This document shows positions 12,626-23,842 of a DNA stretch of 64,000 bases, piece after piece (the first letter of the stretch is position 1; the number at the start of each line of letters is the position of its first letter). The position numbers were made by a program, and so were the translations under genes. Source of the DNA: Octopus sinensis (Eukaryota); contig NW_021833962.1 of assembly GCF_006345805.1 (NCBI RefSeq), positions 1-64,000 of the forward strand, read 5' to 3'. The notes beneath the pieces are model-generated. The model was given only the letters and a program-made list of their open reading frames with translations, had not been told where the DNA came from and ran no database searches.

Positions 12626-15600
12626 GTTTAGCGTCCGTTTTCCATGCTAGCATGGGTTGGACGGTTCTACTGGGGTCTGTGAAGCCAGAAGGCTTCATCA
12701 GGCCCAGTCAAATCTGGCAGTGTTTCTATGGCTGGATGCCCTTCCTAACGCTAACCACTCCGTGAGTGTAGTGGGTGCTTTTTACGTGCCACCCGCACAG
12801 GTGCCAGACAGAGCTGGCAAACGGCCACGAACGGATGGTGCTTTTTATGTGCCACCGGCATGAGGGCCAGGCGAGGCTGGCAACGGACACGAACGGGTGG
12901 TGCTTTTTACGTGCCATTGGCACGAGGCCAGTCGGGGCGGTGCTGGCAACGGTCGCGAAACGGAAGGTTCTCTTAAATGCCACCGGCACTGGTAACACAT
13001 CTGCAATTTCCATTGATCGATTTCGATTCTGATCCTCATATCAAGATAAACAGCACAGAATATCGCCAAAGGTCTCAGACACTTGCCATTGCCTCCATGA
13101 GGTCCAACGCTCAAAGATCATGCTTCACTACTTTCACTACCAGAATGAAAGGCAAAGTCAACCTCGGCGGAATTTGAACTCAGAATGTAAAGACAGATGA
13201 AATACTGCTAAGCAGTTTTGCCAGCTTGCCACCTTATAGATGTATAATATCAACTCACCCTTTGCAAATGTCATTCATAATAGCCACCAGGGGGCGTGTC
13301 TGCAAAAAAAGAAAAATGCAAAAAACAAAAATTAAATAAAAATTATACAAATTCATTAATTTCTTTCTTCTTTTCCTTGTTTCAATCATAAAACTGTGGC
13401 CATGCTGGGGCACTCCCTGGAAGGGTTTTAGTTGATCAGTTTGGTCCCAATACTTATTCTATGGGCTGCCTTTTAGCAAAACTAAGTTACAAGGATGTAA
13501 ACAAACCAACACCGTTTGCCAAGAGGTGAGAGGCAAACACACACTTGTAGACATATATATATGTATACATACACACATATATGTACATATGTATAATATA
13601 TATGTGTATAAATAATATATATATATGTAATAAATATGTATAATATAGGTGTAGGACTGGCTGTGTGGTAAGTAGCTTGCTTTCCAACCACATGGTTCCG
13701 GGTTCAGTCCCACTGCGTGGCACCTTGGGCAAGTGTCTTCTACTATAGCCTCGGGCCGACCAAAGCCTTGTGAGTGGATTTGGTAGACGGAAACTGAAAG
13801 AAGCCCGTCATATGTGTCTGCGTGTGTGTGTTCAGCAAAAGAGACCGATAGAATAAGTACTAGGCTTCCCGAGAATAAGTCCTGGGGTCGATTTGGTCGA
13901 CTGAAGGCGGTGCTCCAGCATGGCCGCAGTCAAATGACTGAAACAAATAAAGAGAGTATGGCTGTGTGGTAAGAAGCTTGCTTCCCAACTGCATGATTCC
14001 GGGTTCAGTCCCCCTGCATGGCACCTTGGGCAAGTGTCATCTACTATAGTCTTGGGAATATACATTCATATACACACAAACACACACACACATATATACA
14101 CATAGATATAGATATATATCTGCATATATATACACACATATATACCTGTACAGGTGGCACGTAGAAAGCACCCACTACACTCACGGAGTGGTTGGTGTTA
14201 GGAAGGGCATCCAGCTGTAGAAACACTGCCAGATCAGACTGGAGCCTGGTGCAGCCTCCTGGCTTTCCAGACCCCCGGTCGAACCGTCCAACCCATGCTA
14301 GCATGGAAAGCGGACGTTAAACGATGATGATGATGATGATATATCTACATGCACATACATATATATATATATCTACATATACTTACAGACACATATATAC
14401 ATATCTACACACACACATATATACATACACACACGCACATATATGTAAATATATATATATATATTTACACATACACACAGTTGCTAGGGGCACTGCCTCC
14501 ACCACCTCCATGTTCTTTCCTGTTGGTTAAGGAAGAACTAGAAGAATATGAAGACATGGGGCAGGGGGCGGGGAGGTGGTGGAGTGTATAAGAGGGTGGA
14601 GGGGTCTGAAGTCAAGGAAAGATTTAATTATTTTGGTCCAATCACCACCACCACCACACCCGCCTTCTCTTTCTCCTCCTTGGCCTCGCCATATCCTGCT
14701 ATCCCTCCACCGTCCCCACTTCATACATCAACATAGTAATGTGTGCACACACACACACACGCATAAATGACGGGGGGGGGGTTGTCCTGGAGTTCACAGA
14801 TACCAGAGGTTGTCAAATTGAAAGGTTAGGAGGTCACATGGTCACAAAGATATACCTCTTCCTTCTCCTCCTCATCATAATGGTTTCAAATTTTTGCACA
14901 AGGCCAGCAAGTGTGGGAGAAGCGAGTAAGTTGATTACATTGACCTCAAAGTGATGAAAGGCGATGTTGACTTTGGCAGAATTTGAACTCAGAACGTAGA
15001 GGCAGCCGAAATACCTATTTCTTTACTACCCACAAGGGGCTAAACACAGAGGGGACAAACAGGGACAGACAAACGGATTAAGTCGATTATATCGACCCCA
15101 GTACGTAACTGGTACTTATTTAACTAACCCCGAAAGGATTAAAGGCAAAGTCGGCCTCGGCGGAATTTGAACTCAGAACGTAGAGGCAGCCGAAATACCT
15201 ATTTCTTTACTACCCACAAGGGGCTAAACACAGAGGGGACAAACAAGGACAGACAAACGGATTAAGTCGATTATATCGACCCCAGTACGTAACTGGTACT
15301 TATTTAACTAACCCCGAAAGGATTAAAGGCAAAGTCGGCCTCGGCGGAATTTGAACTCAGAACGTAGAGGCAGCCGAAATACCTATTTCTTTACTACCCA
15401 CAAGGGGCTAAACACAGAGGGGACAAACAAGGACAGACAAACGGATTAAGTCGATTATATCGACCCCAGTACGTAACTGGTACTTATTTAACTAACCCCG
15501 AAAGGATTAAAGGCAAAGTCGGCCTCGGCGGAATTTGAACTCAGAAAGTAGAGGCAGCCGAAATACCTATTTCTTTACTACCCACAAGGGGCTAAACACA

Positions 15601-16811
15601 GAGGGGACAAACAAGGACAGACAAACGATTAAGTCGATATATCGACCCAGTTACGTAACTGGTACTTATTTAACTAACCCCGAAAGGATTAAAGGCAAAG
15701 TCGGCTCGGCGGAATTTGAATCAGAACGTAGAGGAGCCGAAATACCTATCTTACTACCCACAAGGGGCTAAACACAGAGAGGACAAACAAGGACAGACAA
15801 ACAGAAAGTCGATTATATCGACCCCAGTACGTAACTGGTACTTATTTAATCGATCCCGAAACTTTCATCGTTTGCATGGAGTCATCAATCATCATCATCA
15901 GTCATCGTCAATCATCGTTAATCATCTTCCTCCTCCTCATCATTGTCATTTTAATGTTCACTTTCCCATGCATGCATGGGGCAGACAGAATTTACTGAAG
16001 CAGATTTTCTTCGGCAGGATGCTCTTCCTGTCTTCAACCCTCTATTAGGGATAAAATGTCGAAGGGAATGAAGAATAAAAACATTTACCATCAAATATAT
16101 ATATATATTTACACATACACACACATCATCATCATCATCATCATTTAGCGTCCGTTTTCCATGCTAGCATGGGTTGGACGGTTCGACCGGGGGTCTGGGA
16201 AGCCAGAAGGCTGCACCAGGCTCCAGTCTGGTCTGGCAGTGTTTCTACAGCTGGATGCCCTTCCTAACGCCAACCACTCCGTGAGTGTAGTGGGTGCTTT
16301 TTACGTGCCACCAGCACAGGTGACAGACGGGGCTGGCAAACGGCCACGATCGGATGGTGCTTTTTATGTGCCACTGGCACATATATACAATCAATAAATG
16401 TGAATGGAACTAGCAAAATAGGGAGACCCGGATAGACATGAGATTGAATGGTTAAGGCTGACCTCAGACCCTGAGCTTAATGGAAGAGAAGACAAAGGAC
16501 CAGGATCCCTGGCAATATGAAATTCTTGGGTCTTTTAAAGAATCTCATATTGCCAGAGATCCTACATACCTACATATATATAAATATATATATTTAAAGA
16601 GAGAGAGAGAGAGAGAGGAGTGGGGGAAGGAATAAAATATAAATAGAATTTTAACAGGTGTGAAAGGCCTTACCTGGTCCAGTTCCAAGAACTGTGCCTG
16701 CCTGCCGTTCATAGTAACGGCCACTTTACGGATGTTCTCCGATGCAGGGCGGGTTGTCCTGATAGACGTCCGTGAAGACGGTAATACGGAACTGCTTCCT
16801 CCTAAGTCCAT
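131..16811 (-). CDS. ELMO: Engulfment and cell motility protein (ELMO/CED-12 family), 10 coding exons in window, 3' part beyond left edge
   Basis: Ten exons with GT-AG boundaries and matching phases splice into one frame: MDLGG...ENIRKVAVTMNGRQAQFLELDQ/TRPLVAIMNDICKG/WQLTDTENYALQFTDSNRQNYITEK/NRGEIQTGTVLKLTSSP/VRTSQ...FAQEFI.../YVGTPLAFCLKSFVSLMDHSIVSWD.../...IAVINALLMKA.../EIAESLQSKMFRNIILD. This is collinear with vertebrate ELMO1 as I recall it (YITEK-NRNEIKNGTILRLTTSP, FAQEFI, LMDHGIVSWD, IAVINALFLKA). Confidence 0.96.
819..1330. mobile_element. Mariner-type MITE fragments (two partial copies)
   Basis: The ~140-bp block at 819-955 recurs at 1170-1310 and 26470-26610. TIR-like ends tattgggttgtccggaaagttt are at 991-1020 (reverse), 1142 and 26440. 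Confidence 0.55.
1984..2370 (-). mobile_element. tRNA-derived SINE
   Basis: Minus strand starts ggaggcgcaatggcccagtggttagggcagc with A box TGGCCCAGTGG and B box GGTTTCGATTCC. Confidence 0.8.
2687..2771 (-). CDS. ELMO: ELMO coding exon 9
   Basis: ccctctag|A-CRKSSELHKNFIAVINALLMKADRQKHK|gtgagt; 85 nt. Confidence 0.93.
3184..3272 (-). ncRNA. Type I hammerhead ribozyme, inverted copy (sense in the ELMO pre-mRNA)
   Basis: Reverse complement of the 5105-5194 motif; predicted cleavage between 3192 and 3191. Confidence 0.8.
5105..5194 (+). ncRNA. Type I hammerhead ribozyme (PLE-type, palindromic stem III)
   Basis: CTGAAGA core at 5113; stem II GAAAGACACAA/TTGTGCCTTTC; GAAAC-ACGT-GTA with predicted cleavage after 5186; stem I TTTTCTTC/GAATGAAA. 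Confidence 0.8.
5280..5650 (-). mobile_element. Two tandem tRNA-derived SINE heads (OR-like, CORE-like segment)
   Basis: aggagtggctgtgtggtaag..ggttcagtccc..gcaccttgggcaagtgtcttct with A/B boxes. The same family occurs at ~2830-2940, 13650-13960, 23125-23480, 24670-25085, 25590-25745, 55420-55690, 56500-56660 and in every array unit. Confidence 0.85.
5822..5884 (-). CDS. ELMO: ELMO coding exon 8 (63 nt)
   Basis: cttccag|T-DKYTIVEKYVTPGQITKLMT+GT|gtaagt; phase 2 at both ends, which fits its neighbours. Confidence 0.88.
6010..6113 (-). CDS. ELMO: ELMO coding exon 7
   Basis: attgcag|VASTLDDESCYSDNNVDNTCLQTALEIIEAVLLN+AG|gtaagt; 104 nt. Confidence 0.92.
6953..7260 (-). mobile_element. Non-autonomous Helitron-like element
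   Basis: On the minus strand it reads A|TC...cccgagcaacgccagg hairpin...CTAG|T, with no TSD. Confidence 0.7.
7515..7614 (-). CDS. ELMO: ELMO coding exon 6
   Basis: ttgcag|T-VGTPLAFCLKSFVSLMDHSIVSWDIVDEVFIEK|gtaagc; 100 nt. Confidence 0.94.
8987..9159 (-). CDS. ELMO: ELMO coding exon 5
   Basis: ccaccag|VRTSQEVYDKLKDPEWTKKLEALKLLSTLSTDSSFAQEFISKQGLYLLTSIVNNREQ+TA|gtaagg; 173 nt. Confidence 0.94.
9302..9971. mobile_element. pogo/Tc1-mariner-superfamily MITE (~670 bp)
   Basis: TA|CCGTAAATCCTCGAGTATAATCCGC ... GCGGACTATATTCGAGGATTTACca|TA terminal inverted repeats with TA flanks and an internal ~170-bp duplication. Confidence 0.75.
10128..10178 (-). CDS. ELMO: ELMO coding exon 4 (51 nt)
   Basis: cttttatag|NRGEIQTGTVLKLTSSP|gtaagt. 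Confidence 0.93.
10326..11360 (-). mobile_element. RTE-clade LINE 3' end with four extra tandem 195-bp copies of its tail
   Basis: Peptide RLAYFGHIMRR..SLEKDIMLGMVSGKRGRSRPRTRWLDTIK..W is typical of RTE/BovB ORF C-termini. Repeat anchors are at 10326, 10521, 10716, 10911 and 11106. Confidence 0.85.
11653..13030. mobile_element. Copies of a (CAT)n-tailed retroposon flanking ELMO exon 3 (11653-12055 and 12590-13030)
   Basis: catcatcat-ttagcgtccgttttccatgctagcatgggttggac...ggatgcccttcctaacgccaaccac. Also at 14150-14335, 16125-16380, 25767-25975 and 62600-62842. Confidence 0.75.
12085..12160 (-). CDS. ELMO: ELMO coding exon 3
   Basis: ctctcag|T-WQLTDTENYALQFTDSNRQNYITEK|gtaagg; 76 nt. Confidence 0.93.
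13259..13299 (-). CDS. ELMO: ELMO coding exon 2 (41 nt micro-exon)
   Basis: Acceptor tttttttgcag; TRPLVAIMNDICK+GG; donor gtgagt. It supplies the phase-2 end needed by exon 3 and corresponds to ELMO1 KKPLSAIIKEVCDG. Not in the ORF track. Confidence 0.9.
14980..15855. repeat. Tandem array of ~4.7 x 184-bp units derived from a dispersed SINE-like repeat
   Basis: The ttgaactcag anchor recurs at 14986, 15170, 15354, 15538 and 15719. A single reverse copy of the same repeat lies at 22600-22750. Confidence 0.9.
16674..16811 (-). CDS. ELMO: ELMO coding exon 1 (46 codons)
   Basis: ATG at 16811; MDLGGSSSVLPSSRTSIRTTRPASENIRKVAVTMNGRQAQFLELDQ; donor CAG|gtaagg, phase 0. Confidence 0.88.
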
Positions 16812-17153
16812 CTTGGGTTTTTTTCGATTCACCAGGCCGGGAGAGTGAGAACGAGAGGATGAGTGTGAAGGGGCGTGAGTGCGAGTGCAAGTGGGGTCCA
16901 GTACTAAGTCTGAAAAAGAGACGAGAAGGGTTAAAGTTACAATGTGATATTTACGAGGGGAGGGGGCTGCTGAAAAGAAAATACAAGAGGACCAGTTAAT
17001 TGGGATTTTATTCAACATACTCCCCTCTCAAATTCCTACACTTATTGCAGTGGTCCTTCAGTTTTTCTGAGCCCTGTAAAGGGCTTGGAAAATTGGACCT
17101 CCAACCAGGCCTTTTGTAACACCCTTAAAGCCAGGAACTATATATATATATAT

Positions 17154-17411
17154 ATCGTGACGTATATTTGCCATTTAAATATGGCTAACCCCTAAGGATG
17201 GATGCTACTGTAGTTTGTAGCCCCAGGAGGATACCTCCTGTAACTGGCTTCAGACACATTTTCTGTCCCTTATCAGTATTTGCAAATACTGATAAGGGAC
17301 AGAAAGTGTGTCTGAAGCCAGCTGGAGAAGGTGTCCTCCTGGGGCTACAAACTACAGTAACATCCACCCTTAGGGGTTAGCCATATTTAAATGGCAAATA
17401 TATGTCACGAT
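17154..17411. mobile_element. 258-bp fold-back (MITE-like) element upstream of the ELMO start codon
   Basis: Near-perfect palindrome centred at 17282/17283 (tatttg|caaata); it yields the same ORF on both strands of the track. Confidence 0.8.
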
Positions 17412-17449
17412 GTGTTGCAGCTACTGTTTATAACTCACTCTAAGATTAT

Positions 17450-17469
<20 letters not shown>

Positions 17470-17486
<17 letters not shown>

Positions 17487-17858
17487 TGAAGTTGTGTGTC
17501 TGTCTCCTACGATTTAGATTCCTAACTACTCCCACATTTTGCGGTGCAGTTTTAACCAAAACCGGGTATCTTATAGTCGTGATTCATATCGAGCCCTTCT
17601 GGGTATTAGCGCGCGTCTACGATGAGTCTACGATTTTAAAAATAATTTACCATCATTTTTTTCCCCATTAATGAATTTTTTTTCGTATTATATAAGGGAA
17701 GTAACTCTCTAAAAATGTCTACGATGAGGTCAAACGATTTAAAAAAAATTTACCATTTTTTTTTTTCATTTTTAAGGCATTTTTTGCTATAACTCTCTAA
17801 AAATTCTTATATAGTTATTTCCCTTACAAACCCGAGCAACGCCGGGCGATACTGCTAG
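17470..17858 (+). mobile_element. Second copy of the Helitron-like element
   Basis: Same body as 6953-7260; 3' end cccgagcaacgccggg..CTAG|T at 17858; 5' end lost in (TA)n. Confidence 0.7.
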
Positions 17859-18179
17859 TACATATATAAGCGGGGAAATTCCAGCGTTGCCATTTCCTTG
17901 CCACACGATCTCGGAATTAGAAGTAGGACGTTTATTGCGTTGATTTAAAATAAGCTCCAGGATGTTAATAATGAGTTTTTGGCACAAAAGGATGTTCACT
18001 TCGAATTGTTTTTGCTTCCTTTTCTTTTAATATTATTTGTTTTAATTAAAAGCGACGGTGACAGACTGGTGTGTAATTGACGTGTCTGTATGTATCTTGG
18101 TGTAAACATAGGGAGAAAGGTAGATGGTTAGAAAGAGACAGCTATAAAGATAGATATGAGGATATATACTAATAAATAG

Positions 18180-18182
18180 AAT

Positions 18183-18219
<37 letters not shown>

Positions 18220-18248
18220 ACAGACAGACAGACAGATAGATAAATCGT

Positions 18249-18293
<45 letters not shown>

Positions 18294-18362
18294 GAATTAT
18301 ATATATAGACAGACAAATAGATAGATAGAGAAAGAGATAGATAGATAGATAGACAGACAAAC

Positions 18363-18449
<87 letters not shown>

Positions 18450-18470
18450 GAGATAGATAGACAGACAAAC

Positions 18471-18521
<51 letters not shown>

Positions 18522-18542
18522 GAGATAGATAGACAGACAAAC

Positions 18543-18593
<51 letters not shown>

Positions 18594-18625
18594 TAGATGG
18601 GGAGATAGAGAGATAGATAAAAAGA
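18180..18625. repeat. (GA)n/(GATA)n/(GACA)n microsatellite complex
   Basis: Directly visible simple repeats. Confidence 0.95.
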
Positions 18626-18898
18626 TAGATAGGTGTAGATTGATAAACTAGAAAGAGATGACATGTACAGATCGTCCTTAAAAAAAAAAAGGGGGATGGA
18701 TATATAGAGCAAGGGAGAAAAATGGTCGGTACGCCCTTAAAATATTAAACTGGATCGTTTCATAAGAGATTTAACGTGACTTTCTGACTAACAACAGCAT
18801 GGACAGAATCAGCTGAGTAAATAACTAAATATAGAGACTTTTAGAAGTACACACACACACACAAACATATATATGTATATACATACATATATATACGC

Positions 18899-18946
<48 letters not shown>

Positions 18947-19276
18947 AATCTTAGGGTAGCAAAAATTTTTTAGAATTCTTTGCTACCAGTGGTCTAGCGA
19001 GAAGAAAAAATTAGTCAATTAATTATGTATTATTCATATAAAAATACAAATTACATTTAAACATATAAGAGATGGCCATAGCAGGACATCTGACTCGCTA
19101 GAAAGAGTAGTTAAACTAGTGGTTGTAGGTTAACTACTCTTTCTAGCGAGTCAGATGTCCTGTTAGGGCCATCTCTTATGTGTCTAAATGTTACACAGCA
19201 TGATATATAATATATATATATAAATGCAGTGTACATATAGACACATAGAGATGGCCCTAACAGGACATATATATAC

Positions 19277-19324
<48 letters not shown>

Positions 19325-19519
19325 GTACACATACACATATACGCACAATATACATACATAGCCAGACACACACACATATATACATACATGTATATATATA
19401 TATGTACATACAGACGTACATACGTGCGCACACCTATATATACTGCACACATATATACACGTACATACACATTTAGGCACACACACACACACACACACAC
19501 ATTGAAATAAAAAAAAATC

Positions 19520-19666
19520 AGCTCACAATTACATCCGTTCCTACGACGGGACAGCCTATATGCGTTCAAGCGATCGCGAGAAATAGCAGCCAAAATTACA
19601 TGAAATGACAAGCCGCACCTTGCGCACACTTGTGTTTATAACTGATATAATTCGGGATATGTGAGT
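19520..19666 (+). promoter_or_regulatory. Candidate promoter/upstream exon of the TMEM70-like gene
   Basis: Unique, CpG-containing patch between microsatellites, ending in a strong donor GATAT|GTGAGT at 19660/19661. The link to the 23843 exon is inferred only. Confidence 0.3.
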
Positions 19667-19821
19667 AAACTTGAGAGCCACGACCGGATCGACTGTAATC
19701 ATAGAATTATAGGTCGTCTTCTCATACAAGGCTGGATCTTGCTCTAAACACACGCGCACAAATATACATATACATACATACACATATATATATATATATA
19801 TACATACACATATACACACAC

Positions 19822-19852
<31 letters not shown>

Positions 19853-20828
19853 TATATATACACATATATATATATATATACACACACATATATATATATA
19901 TATCAAATATGTATATACATATATACACATATACTCCAGTTTATAGACAGATAGATAGATGGATAGATAGACAAATAGATAAAGCAAAAAACATAATTAA
20001 ATGCTATAAAGTTCATAATTAACCAGGAAACGATACTCACAGATAGACAAGTGCGTGAAACTAAAAAAAAAACTATATGAAAGCAGGAAGTAAACAATTA
20101 AGAGGGGACAATTCTTGTTGGACCGTAATAAACAACGGTGGGGAATTTTAAATGTTGCACCGCTTATTCCAATTAACTTTAGCTTGTTTGAGTGATTGGA
20201 TGGCGGCCTTGCTGGAGCACTAGCAGAGCCTTAATTGAATAAATCCACTTCAGTTTCTATTGGGGGTTGATGCTTACCGTTAAATCTCGGTCACCAAAAC
20301 AAACAAATAAACAAATAGAAGTATGGAAAGACTTCCGACCCCTCCCCCTTCATTTTCTCTCAAATTTGTTTATTTAAAAAAAAAAAATTGTCAAAAATCC
20401 CTGTTTTAGGATACGGAGGTTCCCTTTCACACGTTCCTTCCACAATTATAGCCCGGCACTTTTTTTTAATGCAGCTCTCCTCATCCATACGCATCACAAA
20501 AATATTGCAGGCATTTTCTCTGAAGGTCTAATGAGTTTGCAAATCTGCTGGGATGATCACGTTTGGAATGGCGTTAATCAAAGTACCTATTAAATCAGGA
20601 CCGAACACCCCCAGGCGTGTCGGAGGGCTGGTTATCTACACCACCACCACCATGGCGACAATTAACGTATTCTATGGTCTCTCCTTCTCACACATAGAGA
20701 AGCAGCAAAATGTTTGTCATTTCTTCTCCTCTACCACTTTATCATATATATATATATACCGGAGTAAACACATAAATGTGAAACAAGGTGGGAAAAAAAA
20801 GAGTACTCAAATACCAGAGGTAGAGTAA

Positions 20829-21048
<220 letters not shown>

Positions 21049-21081
21049 GGTTTGGAGATGATGTACAGGTATTATATATTA

Positions 21082-21490
<409 letters not shown>

Positions 21491-21998
21491 GAACAGTTGG
21501 CCGGGTGTCCTTAAAAGACTGAAGCTAACAGACGAACTGGAACTAATTCCAAAGCGGTACATAAAAATCACCCAACACCGTCTCTTGTCCCTTTAACTAA
21601 AAAGCATGTTGTTAGCAACAATGTCAGAGTGATGCTTTCTCCTTTTTCGGTTTATTTAGAAGAAAAGGCAACGACAGTTTTCAAAGGGAGCTTTTGTGAG
21701 TTCAATACACACCTAATACTATATGTACCTCGATTTATATACATTTATTTGCTTTATATTTCTCAAACACAGATCTCTGTTTAAATAGCATTGTTGGCCT
21801 TACTAAACAATCATGTCCCACCACCCACTTTGTTTCCTCATATCTTCCACAAATACGGGTATTTTTTAATGAAATTTTCTACAAACACTTTTCAGATGGT
21901 GTAGATTACGATATTGTAATTTAATGCAAAACGATTTGTTCGGAGGTGCAATAAAATATAAATATACGTAAATATAATCATTCAAGGTCGTACATATA

Positions 21999-22385
21999 CC
22001 GTAACTCCTCGAGTATAGTCGGCCCTTGAGTATAATACGCAGGGGATTTTTAGGGGGCTGTACCTCTGAAAAGTCTAAACCTTGTGTATAATACGCAGCC
22101 CTTCTCTAACTTGAGTCAAGGAGGTCTATATAACGTCCTTGGTTTGTAAAAATGTATATGGTGACGTCCTTTATTATTATTGTATATATAACATAATGCA
22201 AACATGTATACGCAGGGGATTTTTAGGGGGCTGTACCTCTGAAAAACCTAAACCTTGTGTATAATACGCACCCCTTCTCTAACTTGAGTTAAGGAGGTCT
22301 ATATAACGTCCTTGGTTTGTAAAAATGTATACGATAACGTTCTTTATTATTATTGTATACATAACATAATGCAAACGTGTAGCTT
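21999..22385. mobile_element. Partial, inverted copy of the same MITE
   Basis: TA|CCGTAACTCCTCGAGTATAG end, plus two ~170-bp internal repeats that match 9700-9960 in reverse. Confidence 0.7.
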
Positions 22386-23842
22386 TTTTGTGCATTCTGT
22401 TTGTTTGGAGGAGGTGCCTGAGGATTCTACTCCCACCTTACCGACCGTCCCAGGAATATTAGGCAGGAAAAATGGATGAATCACAAGAGAGATTCATCAA
22501 GCTGAGCCAACTGCCAGGAGACACGGGTAGTGTTTTTTAACTGGGGTTCATATGACTTTTGGAGGTCCCATATAAGATTCTGTTGTATGCTGTCTTTACG
22601 TTCTGAGTTCAAATTCCGCCGAGGTCGACTTTGCCTTTCATCCTTTCAGGGTCGATTAAATAAGTACCAGTTACACACTGGGGCCGATATAATCGACTTA
22701 ATCCGTTTGTCTGTCCTTGTTTGTGCTCTCTGTGTTTAGCCCCTTGTGGCCTTGTGCTCCGCTCGCATAACTCTTAAGGGTCATTGAGTCATGCAAGCCA
22801 CAATACCACAACAAAGATGGGGCCTTGTGTTGGTCACTATAAACGGATCTCCCTATTTTTCCCACTCTTCAGATTTGAGGCCTTGCAGTAATCTAACGAA
22901 TCCACTTACTTTTTTTCAGAACTCAAATATACCTGTGGCTGTTGGACCCTAATTCTGTCAAATGAATCATGTTGCTCTGGACTCAATTGCGGCCCCTTAT
23001 CCTTAGTCCCATGAATAGACTTCAGCTCCCTATTTCCAAGGTAAATTCCTCCTCTTTATACTTGATGTTGTATTAAAAATACATAGATAAATAAATATGT
23101 ATGAAAATATATCTAAATATATAGGCGCAGGAGTGGCTGTGTGGTAAGTAGCTTGCTTACCAACCATATAGTTCCGGATTCACCTTGGGCAAGTGTCTTC
23201 TATTATAGCCTTTCGGGCCGACCAAAGCCTTGGGAGTGGATTTGATAGACGGAAACTGAAAGAAGCCTGTCGTATATATATATATATGTGTGTATATGTT
23301 TGTGCGTCTGTATATATATATATATATGTGTGTGTTTTTGTCCCCACCAACCGATGCTGGTGTGTTTATGTAACTTAGCGGTTTGGCAAAAGAGACCGAT
23401 AGAATAAGTACTAGGCTTACAAAGAATAAGTCCTGGGGTCGATTTGCTCGACTAAAGGCGGTGCTCCAGCTTGGCCGCAGTCACAGTAAAAGAGTAAAGA
23501 ATATGCTGGGTAAAATGCTTGGCAGCATTTTGTCCATCTTTACTTCCTTTCGGGGCTCAGTAAAATAAGTACCAGTTGAATACTGGGGTAAATATAATCG
23601 GCTTGTCCCTGCCTGAAAAATTCCTGCTAGAGTGGAGGGGAGGTGCGGCTAAGGCCCGCAGCAGGTGTTGAAAAGATGAAGGAATTTTGTCAGAGGTTAG
23701 ACAACATTTTTGCCTGCTTGTAAGCTGGGGTGGAGTGGGGTTGGGGTTGCGGAGGGCATGGCCATAAAGGACATGCATGTATGCATGGATGGCCACGGTT
23801 TGACTTTGCTTGACCTCCCTAATGTATGCCTTTTACTTCCAG

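Noticed and set aside
16812-17018. 157-aa ORF extending ELMO exon 1 on both sides
   Set aside because: The upstream part lacks homology and the downstream part is read-through into intron 1 past a canonical donor.
20652-20668. ccaccATGGCG strong Kozak context as first coding exon (MATIN) of the TMEM70-like gene
   Set aside because: Phase would fit, but the donor AAC|GTATTC is weak and there is no supporting evidence. Left as an untested alternative.
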